Part shown: positions 1 through 18,269 of the stretch, one piece after another
Layout: the number at the start of each line of letters is the position of its first letter
Position numbering within the stretch: position 1 is the first letter of the stretch
From: Eledone cirrhosa
Lineage: Eukaryota
Reading direction: 5' to 3'
Assembly (NCBI GenBank): GCA_964016885.1
Contig: OZ024745.1
Coordinates: forward strand, 39,432,001-39,496,000
Length of the DNA: 64,000 bases
Notes under the pieces: generated by a model
What the model saw: the letters and a program-made list of their open reading frames with translations, nothing else
What the model was told of the DNA's origin: nothing
Database searches by the model: none
Position numbers and translations under genes: made by a program

Positions 1-53
1 TATATATATATATATATATACATATGTGAATTTATATATAGATATAGATAGAT

Positions 54-106
<53 letters not shown>

Positions 107-718
107 GACAGAGAGAGACAGTGCTAGATGGATATTAATCGTAATCGCGCGGTAATCGAACTCACTCCACTTATTGTCTGGATAAGCGTTTTACACCAAT
201 TACATCAACATGCCTACCCGGTTTTTCTCCGTTTGTATTCTAGACCAGACATACTGTATAGATATATACCGCTATTAGATTACTGATTTTAAATTTAAGG
301 CAGATAATTCGGAGGTGTAATCATTCTAGAATCATTTTTCCGACAATAAGAGCTGAGTGTTCGATTTCGTTTCCCATATGGCTATTAATATGCCTTGTTA
401 TTATACGATTCTATGTTATTTATATACGATGGAAGCGTATGATTCTTTTTTCAAACATCGCTCTACCTTAAAACAAATATTCTTATTTACATTTATACAG
501 ATATTAAACATTCGCTTCTAAATTTAACGAAGGAAGATTGAATGGGCAGCTCCACATAAACGATCTAGTTCTCTTATCAATACTCGTTGTGGGTTCAATT
601 TCCCTGCTTCGGTTATTCATCTGATTTCCGTTGCCAAATTACCGTGAAAGCTTCCACTTATATTCTCAAATGTTCAAAACTTTGTTCCTAAGCATGTTTA
701 CTTACTTACATACACACG

Positions 719-820
<102 letters not shown>

Positions 821-1374
821 ATGTGAGATGGAGATAGATAAGAACAAAAAATGAAGCAAGAAAAATATGTGCGGTCATGCAGCGTTAAAACGCCCGAATG
901 TCCAACATGTATCCATGTTTAATTCTAAGAGCTTTCGGAATTACTTAAACTGTTTGTGTAAACAGACATTTTCTTCTAAATATTTTAATATATAATGTAA
1001 ATAGAAGCCTTCAACGGAATAGGAGTAAGAGATTTTTTTTCGAGCAGTTTTCTATTTACGTTATTTTTTCATGTTCATTGCCATTGTTATTATTAATTTT
1101 GTTTTTATTATTAGTACTAATCTTATCAATGTTATTGATTTTGTATTTGCATGTGAGCAATTTCTCATGAACTATTTATCATTGCAACACTCTAGTGTGT
1201 AGGGCAGGTTAATGTCACTAATATATAAAGTAGATAATGCGGCACAATCAAATATTCATCACTAGTAATAACATGTGTGTGGCGATCAACAAGCTCCTAA
1301 ACAAATTAGGATAAACAAACAATACAACTTTGATGTCCAGTACACACTTATTGAATTGGGTATATATATAAATA

Positions 1375-1412
<38 letters not shown>

Positions 1413-1879
1413 GAACAAATAGTTAAATATAAGATACCAAATGCTGCACGTTCTTTAGAAAATAACAATACCATCACGCGTTTTAGGGTCAAAGGAAACT
1501 ATACTATACACACAGTCCCATATACATAAAGTTTATATATACATATATTTAAACATCTTTGTCTCCTGTGTGTTTGTATGTGCGCACGTATTTGTGTGCG
1601 TCCATACATATGTATTTAATGAGTACGCTTCGAACACCTGTGAAAACGAAACCATTCCAGTCGCAAACGCCCCGAGCAAGACTTTTCTATGAGAAGTGAC
1701 ACAAGTATTTGAGAGGGAGAAGTAAGCCGATGGTGTTCATATGGGTGAGGGGAAATAAGTTTTACTATCATGATAAGTCAACAGTTTGCCACTTAAGTAG
1801 AAGTCATACAGGAAACACAAGCATCACTACCGAATAATAATTGATCGGGCTGTGTGGGGAATTGCTCTCTGACTTACGG

Positions 1880-2520
1880 AAATCTTGGAACTAAACGACA
1901 CATAGTCTCGTTGGACTGACTGGGGAATGCTTTGCCCAGGAGGATAGTGAAAGAAATGGATTGAAATAGCCATTCCAACTCCTGTTGCTCACTCTTGCAT
2001 GTAACCAACTCTACTCCAATATTATTGAGTAGGGAGGTGGTTGTGTTCCAAGAAAACCAGAAAGTTCGACGAAAAGGTCAAATGAAGGGCGGATGATAGT
2101 TGACAAATATGCAATTCTGGGGTTGCCAGGCAATGAAGCTTGAGTCTTTCGCTGATCGCACGGAGTTTCCACTGAGGTAAGTATCACTGCTTGTAGTGTC
2201 ACCGATGAGGGACTCACCACCAGAGAAGCGGAGGATCATGGTGCCATCTAGCCCTGTTCTGTCTCTTCGGTACAACCCAGTTGACAACCTGCCATGGGAA
2301 GCCTGCAGCATCCAAGCCATGGAGCGTGGTCCATGGATTAGAGTGCCTCCGAATTTCCAGCAGAATGATATTGAGTGAAGGCCGAAATGTTCCCCAATAG
2401 ATCTAGAGTAATATTTTCGTGGCTCACGAATCAGGGAGATGGTCCACGGTGGAGAACAATTGTACGAAATTAAGCCAGGCATCGGTGCTGAATTGTGATG
2501 CAGAACAAGAATATGCTACA
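1880..2520 (-). pseudogene. Probable degenerate DIRS-type retrotransposon RNase H/methyltransferase-like fragment
   Basis: Frameshifted minus-strand motifs in DIRS order: FSTDAW (~TDAS), SLNIILLE (~HINxLEL), LIGDTTSSDTYL (~DNxTxVxY), SLPGNPRIAYLS (~HIPGxxNxxADxLS), PSFDLFV (~PxxDLFA), HYPP (~YxFPP). Locally higher GC. Confidence 0.45.
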
Positions 2521-3065
2521 CCCTTAACTGCTCTAATCACAATAGTTTCTGCTATGTTGTGTAGGGCATCTCTATGAGGCTACCGGCGAAAGGAATGCAG
2601 GTAAACTGATTGAGACTAGAAAACGTTGATATAATCTATTACATCTAAAGGTAAGCTGGCCTGCTGCCATTCGCTGTTATCAAACTGTACGTTTCAGCAG
2701 CGGTTTGACCAATGATTTTGAATTTTGGTAACACTATTAAGCATTAACTACCCCACATATTGAAGGGGGCCTTTATCTAACTATAAATATGTGGTCAAAA
2801 GACTTCTTAAATCAAAGTCATTTATCTTTGACCTTTTTGAATTTTTCCTTCCTTTAAATGCAGATTTTCCTCTCTACTTCTCTGAAGTACGCCCAACCCA
2901 CTTAAAATGCTCCCCCCTAACAATCAGTACATATATAGCTATATACATAGCTGTATGGGTGTATGATTAGATACATGAATAACTACACTCCACACTCTCT
3001 CTCTTTCAAACACACACACATAAATATAGATGTGTGTATTTGTGAACGTGTGTGGTGGTTTCCAT

Positions 3066-3118
<53 letters not shown>

Positions 3119-3534
3119 ACTAGAAATTTATTAACATATAAATAAACATGAATAATCACAGGAGATAATTTTTACAAGTGTGTAAGCACACATAGCTAGG
3201 TAGGTAACTAAATAAAGTTAACCAGACTTCAAAGATAGATACCTTATAATATGATTAATCTTCCCTGTATATATTCCATTAAAGAAATATATTTCACCAA
3301 TTAAACGAATGGTAAACCATGGAGTCCTCCATTCAACTAAACTTCTGTATAATCTCCTCGACTACTCGTCTCCTGTTGAAAGAACAACTTAGCACGTTAA
3401 AAGGTTTTATATGTTGTTTCCAATATGCATGTTTGGTGTGTACAAAACATGTGTAAATGTGTATACACAATTACGCAGTCTTCTACATTGAGACGTAATG
3501 TTTTACACTTTGACTGCTTTAGCGCAAAAATGAA

Positions 3535-3569
<35 letters not shown>

Positions 3570-3585
3570 TTATATTTATATACAT

Positions 3586-3640
3586 TTAATATAGAAATGG
3601 CTTCTACAGGACTAGAAATGTTTCTCATTCGAAGGAATGT
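3586..3640 (-). repeat. Fragment of fold-back family A (TTCTACAGGACTAGAA)
   Basis: Matches 13369-13410, 50972-51005 and 54865-54892. Confidence 0.6.
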
Positions 3641-3679
3641 GATTACCACCGATTTAATCCGGAATAGACACACACCCAC

Positions 3680-3812
<133 letters not shown>

Positions 3813-4793
3813 TATACATATATAACCTATATTGCTGTTAGGAGTTTCGTTTCCCGCATTTATTTACAGAAATGCAAAAATCAATATTGTCCATTTAAAA
3901 TCAATCGATTTCAAATATAAATGGAAAGTGCATCGGAGTAATAGTTTAATAAGAAACATAAATTTGGATTTGTTTTCGACCCAGATGTTCCTACTTGTTG
4001 ATTCTCATAGAGCAAATGTGTAAGTTTTCAGGTCACAATATACGGACATTTAAAATGATATTTATACATGTACATTAGATATTGGTATATTTAATTATTG
4101 TCTGTTCATTGTTAGAAATACAGCAGTTATATATGATCATATATTACTTTTCTATAAATATAGTTCTAGTGTAAACATTTACTGATGAAAATATTTCTGA
4201 TCGATTAGATTCGGAAAAATACAAAATTTGCTCAAAGGTGGTCAGTTAATTTGAGTGTTGGTGTATGTTTGAATACACAAAATACTCGGTGTTTTCTAGA
4301 TGCAACACTTTAGATGTCTCCAAGTGTGAAAAAAATATGAAAATACTAAAGGAATATATTTCAAATATATTATTTTGGCTATTATATTATTATGATATGG
4401 AAATAAGAACTTAAATATCAATGTCTGTCACCTAAATAATATTATTCAGTTAGAATATACTTATCACATTCACAATTTACCATTAAGGCAACTACAAATA
4501 AAAATCCATAGGGCTTGATGGATGACTATCAGAATGTCAGAACAGAGTTCTTTATACAAAATGTGCGCCATTCCTGTGTTACTATATTCCATGTAGAATG
4601 CATATCTTATACCTGGTGCATGATATAATTAACGGAATGTTATGTTTGGTGGATCTTTCCTATTATGGAACAAATTCAGAGAAAAACATATGTACGCCAC
4701 TGAATTTAATTAACGTGAACATTGTATCAATTAAATCTTATGGACGCTAAGACATTATCTGAGTGTGGCGGTGCCATTTTATTCCGACAAGTG

Positions 4794-4846
<53 letters not shown>

Positions 4847-4949
4847 TATATACATATATATATCTGATGCGTTGGTGTATCTCACTATTATTTTCCAGAG
4901 ACCTTATTCTTTCTAATGCATGATAATTTTTCCAAAACTATAATGCTGC

Positions 4950-5012
<63 letters not shown>

Positions 5013-5499
5013 ACATGCACACACACATATCATTAAACTTGACTCAGTGACACAGTAGCTTCACTTCAGGTTTAATCAACATCGCCTTAGTTCGTGTCTT
5101 CTCTGTTAGCATTATGATAGTGATGATGTTTATCGGATGCGTTCTGTTAACGACGTTACCTCATAGATATCAGCTCATTAATTAAAAGAAAAGAAAAATC
5201 TTAAATGTCATTATACAATTTCAAAGATTACTATTCAAATGTGTTCTTGATATCACTCATACCACTCCCTCACATATATATGTTCGTATTATTTTTTTTT
5301 TTGTAGATGACAATATCATATATATCATTTCCGTTTTCCTATACGAATTTAACGAATTCAAATAACATTTTTAGAGTTAAACCTCATAAAATACTATAGA
5401 AAATAAGAAAATCCTCGTAGTATTCATATTCTATTTGAAACCTGACTTTCAGGAAACCACAAATTAACATCAGGTAAAGTTATATATATATAGTTATAT

Positions 5500-7160
<1,661 letters not shown>

Positions 7161-7196
7161 GTATACAAGGAATGTATATATATGTATATATATATA

Positions 7197-9526
<2,330 letters not shown>

Positions 9527-9530
<4 letters not shown>

Positions 9531-10197
9531 AATGAATATATGATAGGGATAAACACTGATACAAGTATGCATGTGTTCGCATTGCAAATGTCCAAGTTTG
9601 CTAGATTGAAAAATACTAATTAAAATAATAATGTTTGCCTGTCTCGAATTAAAATAATAAATAAATGAAAACAAACCTATATTGGTAATTACCGTGATAC
9701 CTGGACACATTTTAAATTTTAAATTTTAAATTTGTTTCGCAAAAATTAAGTGAAAGTTCCCATTCCTGTGCTCTTCTGCAGTTATCCAGAAATTTGTAAG
9801 TTGCACTTCAAAATAATTAAGAAACTGAGAGAAATGTGTTGTTGAACGCACATGTGTCACAGCGCTTAGCTCGTGCCATGCTAGTGCCGCTCTAAAATAG
9901 CAGCCGGTTTTATGGGACTAAAAATTAGCTCTACGTATGGAGCCGACAATATTATATATAGAGTTATAAACTCAAATAGTCTTTTACAATTAAGTAGCTC
10001 AAAGAAAGGAATATTTCTGAGCCGTTTAATACAATTGGATATAACTAGCTAACTTTGCAATGCGAACACATGTATACTTTTATCAGTGTTTATCCCTATC
10101 ATATATTCATTTGTATTACACGGCTCAGAAATATTCCTTTCTTTAAGCTATTTAATTGTAAAAGACTATTTGAGTGTATAACTCTATATATAATATA
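9527..10197 (+). mobile_element. Split inverted-repeat element P'-X-T'-P-T in (TA)n
   Basis: 9527-9588 is inverse to 10055-10116, and 9949-10033 is inverse to 10111-10196. A related fragment is at 45490-45560. Confidence 0.75.
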
Positions 10198-10446
10198 TAT
10201 ATATATATATATAATTTTGTTTTCAATCATAATTTACTATTTGTTTGACCCGAATAGCTTGTTCGCTTCTATGGCTTTGCGGTTAATGGTTTAACTATCG
10301 ACTCGGTGTGTTTGGCCTTTTAACGTACGTTTTCGCTCTAATTCACTCCTTTCTATGGAGCGCTTGCCACACATTTCGGAAGTTGTTTTTCGCTAATAAA
10401 TTTTCGCTAATAAATTTCCAATAGCCGAAATGCAATTCTCGCTAAT

Positions 10447-10518
<72 letters not shown>

Positions 10519-10644
10519 CGAAGGAAATGTGGTAAGGAACCAGATGGACCATAACGCACCAAAGTACACAATACTATATATATATATATATATATGTGTA
10601 TGTGTGTGTGTGTAAGTATATAAAAAAACAAATATATATATTTA

Positions 10645-11210
10645 TATGAATAAAATTAGTCCTTCATCAGTGATCTTCCAGTCTTCATCAGTATTTCTTC
10701 GCTTTAAAGATCATACACTTCTGATTCTTTCTTACTGCTTCCCCTTTCTCTGTATCTCTCGCCTTCTTTTTATTCCCTCTGCCAGTCACTCTCTCTCCGC
10801 TGACCTCTTCCTCACACTTTCACTCACTCACTCTCTGGTTCTCCCCCTCTCTCACTTCCTCCCGTTTGACCTGTGTGAAAACCTTTTCTCGCTCACATCT
10901 CACACAGATCGAATGGTCTGTATCTCGCCTCGTCTATGATTTCACAGAACTTAAGTTCACATATATCACGGACTGTTCCTCCTCTTCATATCTTTCCGTG
11001 CATTACCAGCTTTGTTTGTTTACATGTCTCGCTCGCTTCACCCTATTTTACGTGTCCCAATAAATTTATTTAGTTATTGCTGGCACCAACCAGAGGTACA
11101 TGATCGTTAAAACGAAGACATACCAATGAAGGCTGGAAGATCACTGATGAAGGACAAGTTTTATTCATATGTAACCCATGTGCAACCACGCAGCACGCCA
11201 TTATTCATAT
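10645..11210 (+). mobile_element. Fold-back element with ~70 bp inverted arms and ~40 bp unpaired tail
   Basis: 10645-10713 is inverse to 11100-11170. The interior is CT-rich and the flanks are TA-rich. Confidence 0.75.
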
Positions 11211-11217
11211 ATATATC

Positions 11218-11452
11218 TATAAATGGAACAAATGAAACGAAATTTCATTTCTCACTCTTAGTACGACTGTTACTTAAATATAATTATGTATACGTACATA
11301 CATATATGTATACAGACGTACAGTACTATGCATATATATACATACATGCACATATATGTACGTATGGGTTTACCGAACATTTATTATAATCCTCGGTTTG
11401 TTTGTAAACAAACAGCACGAATTAAGTCGTACATTTTTTCAGCAACCATCTA
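11218..11452 (-). repeat. Copy of the 35535-36170 family
   Basis: Colinear with 35535-35735 and continues into the reverse complement of 35990-36027. Confidence 0.75.
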
Positions 11453-12141
11453 TTAGAGCAATGAATTTACTTATTATAATGAGCTAGTTACCTCCCCTTA
11501 CGGATTAGCTCCCCTTAATTACATTCCCACTTCTGGATATTAAACCCCTGTAAATTCTCGCAGCTGGAGCACCCTAGTCTATAAATATGGATTACATAAC
11601 ACTAAGTTACAATACATCACAATCCATTACTATAACAAACATTCAACAAATATATCGTAACTTATGTGATGGATGTAAAAACTGTCACTTTCTTTTTCTG
11701 CACATATACACATTTGAACTATACAGAATATATCCTCGCATTTCAACCACCATAATGCACCAACATATTCGTTTAAAGTGCTTGTATCTCATGTAATACC
11801 TTGCCATAGAGTACTCATAAATACATGATGCATTTGCTTGTTCCATCCCTTTATATATGACTAACGCATATACTATCTCTTTAATTTAATTATTAGACTA
11901 TTCTCTTGAATTATCTGTATTATCTGTCGCATGTATTCCAACCTATGCTTTTAATCTTGTTTTTAAATTTAATTTTGATTTTAATCTTAATTTGAATTAT
12001 TGTACAAATATAGTATAATATAATATATGTCGCATCAATTCCACACTGTAAACTGTTGTACACAACATCAATATATATGTGTGCATCTGTATGTTTCTTC
12101 GGTTGAGTAGGCGGTCAAGTGTATGTACAGACATTAAAAAT

Positions 12142-12186
12142 GCTCCGAAGATTCCAAGCCTAGTTTTGGAAGAAACAATTGTCAGC
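12142..12186 (+). ncRNA. Minimal type I hammerhead-like motif (U4C variant)
   Basis: GCU CCGAAGA UUCCAA-GCCUAGUU-UUGGAA GAAA CAAUUG UC AGC; stem III is palindromic. Confidence 0.55.
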
Positions 12187-12593
12187 GAATAAATGTTTTA
12201 AACATAACTTTGATACTTGGGAATTCAATACATATATATATATATTTTATATCTATTTTCCTTTATATGTTTTTCTTTATTTGTTTAGTTGTATGTATAG
12301 TTTCTTACTTTGATAATTTGTAATATATTTTACATAGATCACTAATAGAATGTACATACGGAGAACTACCACCCAGAAACGATCGTAATATAATGAGTTT
12401 TATATGAATTACCCGTCTTTTGTTTAAATTCATTGTTTTCACTAGTTGCATTATTTTGACTCCAATGAATTATATCGTTGAAACTTTGCTTCACGACATA
12501 TTCTACATACGGATTACATTGAGTTCTGAGACGCCATGGACCCTACCATTAATTGGTGTATTTATCTGTGTACTCTGCTCCTTCATTTATCAA

Positions 12594-12663
<70 letters not shown>

Positions 12664-13180
12664 TGTAATAAACAACATAAGATAAATATTTCATTTACAA
12701 GTAGTTTCTTGAAAGCAGATATATCGGTTTTCAGTCGTCAGAATGAATAAAACATGGTGTTTTTATTAAATATGGATTTGAAAACAAAATATGAGAAATA
12801 TGAAAGTGAAGGTGAGGACACAACGGGCGAAGAAGAAGAAGGGAACAAAAGTATATGTATATATATATATATATATAAAATAAATAAATACACAAACATA
12901 CACACACTCAACCACGCGCATATACTTAAAAAGTACGTAGACATATGCTGTCACATAAGCGAATATGTATCAACTGACATGGACAAAATACATACACATG
13001 AAGTAATTAAAATAAATAAATAAATGAATAATAAGAAAACATATTCAAAGTAAGCGCGTTGACAACGATAAGAGAGAGGAGGGGGGGATAAAAACAAATA
13101 AAAATGAACAAAAACACGAAGTGTGCAATTACATAAACATACAGATACACAAAATAGAAAAAAAATTATATTATATACAA

Positions 13181-13490
<310 letters not shown>

Positions 13491-13504
13491 CTATATATAT
13501 ATAT

Positions 13505-13630
13505 ATATAATAGTAATAATAATAAATTTGAAGACTAAAATCCAAAGAGGGGTCAATAAGGATAAATATATATCAAATATATAAGAACCGTAGAGCAAAT
13601 ATTTATTAAAATAATAAATACACTTTAAAC
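13505..13630 (-). repeat. TA-embedded family B end fragment
   Basis: Reverse complement of 54640-54757. Confidence 0.7.
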
Positions 13631-13632
13631 TG

Positions 13633-13725
<93 letters not shown>

Positions 13726-14080
13726 TATATAAATATATATATAAAGGACAAACGCAGACAATACCATACGTAAGACCATACACACGGAAAACAAAGGCCT
13801 ATATACAACCGCATACACACAACTATAAACGTAAATACATAAATAGAACCATATATAAGTATAATATAAACATAAATAAACTCACACACATAAATAAACA
13901 TACATACAAGCACATACACACACACACACGTGTGTGTGTGTATGTATGTATATGTGCGTGTATGTATATGTATGTATGTATATATATATATGTGTATATA
14001 TACATATATATATATATATATGTGTGTATATGTATACGTATATATGTATGTACGTGTACGTATGTATGTGTGCCTGTATG

Positions 14081-14155
<75 letters not shown>

Positions 14156-14275
14156 ATGTGTATGAATATGTGTGTGTAATTATATATGTGCATATATACA
14201 GTCTCTCTATATATATATATACTGTATATATGCACATATATAATTACATACACATATACACACACATATATATAT

Positions 14276-14306
<31 letters not shown>

Positions 14307-14777
14307 TACGTACACATACATATATACGTATACATACATATACACACACATATATACATATATATATATGTATATATAAACATATATATATACACATACA
14401 TATACATAAACGCACACATACACACATACACACAAACACACACACATGTACAAAAGAATAATCAAAATACTATAAATGTAAGTACACATGAGTCTGTCTA
14501 CAAATGCGCCCACACACAGCCCTATGTGAGAACATAAAAACCTAGTGGGTAAAATTGAAATAATAACCACAATTATTAAGAGTAGGTAAGGGAAAATTTT
14601 GTAAAAGGTATGCAATGAGATTCTAGATATGAGTATCTGGTTAAAGAGTGAACTGAGTAAAGGATAAAGGTGGTGTGTGTGTAAAGGGTAAGATAGAAAG
14701 TAGGGGGGAATAATAAAGCTCCCAATAACAGCGGCTTCACAGAACATACTAGGTTGTGGAGAATTACATAAATATAA

Positions 14778-17727
14778 ATGTTGAAAGAACTGAAGAATCT
14801 CCTGGAGATAGTAACCAGTCACAAGTCTTTACCTCCATCTGACCAAACCACAAATAGGTTTGTAGAAATGAGAAGCCCTCTTGAACCCGCTGAAAATAGC
14901 CTGGAGAGGGACTTAGAAACAGTAATTGAAAACCAAACATCTGCTGAAGGACACAGGAAGACTATAATGGAATTAAAGCAAAACATACTGCAGTAGTAAA
15001 AAATTATATTATAAATGATAGAGAACCACTTAAAAAACTCCCAAATACAATCCAAAATAGAAAACAAATAATTGTTTCTAGTTTAGGCACAAGGCCAGCA
15101 ATTACCCAGTACATTACTGGTGCTATATTTTATCGACCCCGTAAGGATGAAAGGCAAAGTTAACCTCGGCCGGATTTGAACTCAGATCGTAAAGGGACGT
15201 AACTGTGCTGGAAAACATGTCCGAACTCTACCAATACTGCCAATTCACCGCCCAAACAAATAATTGTTTCTACTTTAGGCACAAGGCCAGCAATTATACT
15301 AGTGTATTACTGGTACTTTATTTTATCGACACTGTAAGGATGAAATGCAAAGTCAACCTCGGCGGGATTTGAACTCAGATCGTAAAGCGACGTAACTCTG
15401 CTGGAAAGCATGGCGTCCGACTCTCCACCGATACTGCCAAAGCAAATAATTGTTTCTACTTTAGGCACAAGGCCGGCAATTACCCAGTGCATTACTGGTA
15501 CTTTATTTTATCGACCCCGTAAGGATGAAAGGCAAAGTCAACCTCGGCGGGATTTGAACTCAGATCGTAAAGGGACGTAACTATGCTGAAAAGCATGGCG
15601 TCCGACCCTCTACCGATACTGCCAATCCACCGCCAATCCACTGCCAAAACAAATAATGATTGGTAATTATTTGACGAAACAAATCATAGAAGAACTAGAA
15701 CCTGATCTTACTGAGCTAAATGAAATCATTTATGCATCTGCTAGAGTAATTGAAACAAGTTGTTTAACACCAAAAAAACAAAATAGTCGAACCTTCGAGG
15801 TAAACCAATTTGCAGGATTAGAATTGAAAAGGAGATTGACGTAATGAGACGAGAAATATATTTTATTAAGTGAGTTAACCGCTGTAAATTATATAAGATC
15901 CAAGAAGGTAAGAAAGCTAAAGAGAAAATATGGACTCTCTTCTATAGAAGCAATAGTTTCAACAAAAGAATCTCTGAAACAAAAAGTCCAGGTACCAAAC
16001 GAATTCGTAGATTCGAGAAGCGAAACAACTTCTACAGGCAAAATAAGTTGTTCTCATCCAATGCCAAGTCATTTTATAGAGGAGTAGGGAAGAAAAAATG
16101 AATTATTGAAGAAGTTGAAAACTTCTGGAGTAATGAGAAGACATATAATACTAATGTAGATTAGATTAGTCGCCTGGAAAAATTCTACACAAATTTAGAA
16201 GAAACAGGCGTGGGAAGACATCTCTATAGCGGAGTTAAGGACAGCACTCAATAAATCTCATAAATAGAAATCTTGTGGTAGAGACAGGGTGCCAAATTTC
16301 TAGCTTTCCTCACTCCCGTGCACTCACAATATATTGGTCAAGCTGTTTAATGGAATTATGAAAGATCCAAAAAATACACCTGATTGGATAGCAAGTGGCA
16401 TTACCTACCTTCTACCAAGGAACAACGAAACCAAAGATCCAAAAAACTATCTGCCCATAACATGCTTGTCCTATTAACCTCTAATCTCATAGAAAAACCA
16501 TACGTGTTTTTAGAGGAGAACAATATTTTCCCCATTGAACAAAAAGGGTGCCGACGAGGTTCATATGGTTGCAAAGATCAACTTTTGATTAATCGTATGA
16601 TCCTTGAGAACTGTCATAATAAACACAGACATCTCAGTTCTGGATGGATCGGTTATAAAAAAGCCTTTGACAGTATACTATACTCATGGATTCTAAAATC
16701 ACTGGACATCTTCTAAATCTCATCTGTGATCTCAAACTTCCTGAAGCACAATATGTCATTATGGAACATAAATCTCCAATTCTCTCATCCCACTGGAGTA
16801 CTATGCTCTGGGAACATAAACATCAACTGTGGTAGATTCCATGGTGACCTACTTTCACCCTTGCGTTTCTGCATAGCTTTAGTACCCCTTACATCCGAGC
16901 TTAATAGAACAGGGTACCGTTATAGAATTGACAACAAAAAATAAGCCACTTATTTAATATGGATGATTTGACGCTATATTGCAAAGATAATGATGAACTG
17001 GAAGGCCTTTTGCGGACAGTAAAAACGTTTAGCGATAACATCAGGATGGAGTTTAGACTTGACAAGTGTGCAAAAGCCACTTTCAAGAAGGGGAAGCTTG
17101 TAAACTCAGACTCAGTTGAATTGGATGCTGAAACGATGATAAAGGAACTTGAGCAGGAACAAACCTATAAATACTTAGGGATTAAAGAGGGCTCTGGCAT
17201 ACAGCATGCAAGTATGAAAGAGACGATAAGGAAATTACGTTACAGGAGAGTACGTGCAGTTCTGAGATCAGAACTAAACGCTCGTAACAAGGTGCTAGCC
17301 ATAAATTCCTTGCCAGTCCCAGTTGTCACTTAAAGTTTCGGTGTGTTGAACTGGAATATGAGTGAAATCAAAAGAATCGATACCGATATCCGTAAGCTAC
17401 TGACCTGTAATAGGATGCACCACCCAAAAGCAGATGTGGATCGTCTTTACCTTCCTAGAACTCAGGGAAGCCGGGGCCTGATCTAATTTGAACTTGCTTA
17501 CAGGACCACCATCATTGGACTGGCCAATGGTGAAACTTGTTGAAAAGCATGAGAGAAGTAAGAAGCATCATTCTATCTTGAAGGAGAGCAAAACATATGC
17601 TACTGATCTCATGCTTGATACCCAGTCTGGACAGACTATAGAGATTGCTGCAAATGATGCTGCTAGGCACATAAAATCACTGGCAAAAGCAAAAGTACAA
17701 TTAGCATCAAATTGGGAGCAGAAACCT
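14778..17727 (+). mobile_element. Degenerate R4/Dong-type non-LTR retrotransposon, interrupted by a SINE array and 3'-truncated
   Basis: QKGCRRGSYGCKDQLLIN, YKKAFDS, GDLLSP, MDDL, YKYLG. The N-terminal part resembles 24143-25732. Many stops and frameshifts. Confidence 0.88.
15068..15645 (-). mobile_element. Three tandem copies of a tRNA-derived SINE
   Basis: On the minus strand: A-box TGGCAGTATCGG, B-box GTTCAAATCC, core GCCTTTCATCCTTACGGGGTCGATAAAAT, tail AGAAACAATTATT. AAAACAAATAAT flanks both sides (TSD-like). Confidence 0.88.
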
Positions 17728-17795
17728 TTATTTTATCGACCCCATAAGGATGAAAGGCAAAGTTAACCTCGGCGGGATTTGAACTCAGTCCGTAA
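17727..17795 (-). mobile_element. SINE fragment
   Basis: Core and B-box match the SINE family. Confidence 0.8.
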
Positions 17796-18269
17796 ATAAT
17801 AATAATAAAAATAATAATAATAATAATGCTATTCTCTCCCACTACCTCCTGCTAAGTACTACTAGCACAGCACCACCACCACCACCACTGCCTCATTATC
17901 GCTACCGCCGCTATTCTCTCCCACTATCTCCTGCTAAGACAGGCATCGTGATAATCCCATTAAAAGAGGAAGGCCTTAAAAGATGTAAAAAGAATGATTT
18001 TATGACCCGGTCAAAAAATCAAAAAAACAAAAATCAAATCAGAACAGCACAGCAGCAACGAAAAGCGTAAAGAAAAGAAAAAAGAAAAGAAAAACAAACA
18101 GACATACAGACAAGGGAAAAAACAAAAAACTAAGTCAGACATTCAAACATTACATTACAATGAAACTTATGCCTATTCATTTTTTTTGGGGGGGGGGGGG
18201 GGGGGCTTTTCCTATTTGTTTGTTTGTTTATTTATGTTCGTCTACAGCGTGATAGTGCCACACTAAAAT

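Noticed and set aside
925-1000. Minus-strand CCGAAAGCUC hammerhead-like end
   Set aside because: No convincing CUGANGA core or stem II.
11100-11170. CTGATGA motifs in the arms of the 10645 family
   Set aside because: No correctly placed stem II, GAAA and UH.
15068-15645. CRISPR array or tRNA gene cluster
   Set aside because: Units are ~190 bp SINEs without unique spacers or a full cloverleaf; eukaryotic context.
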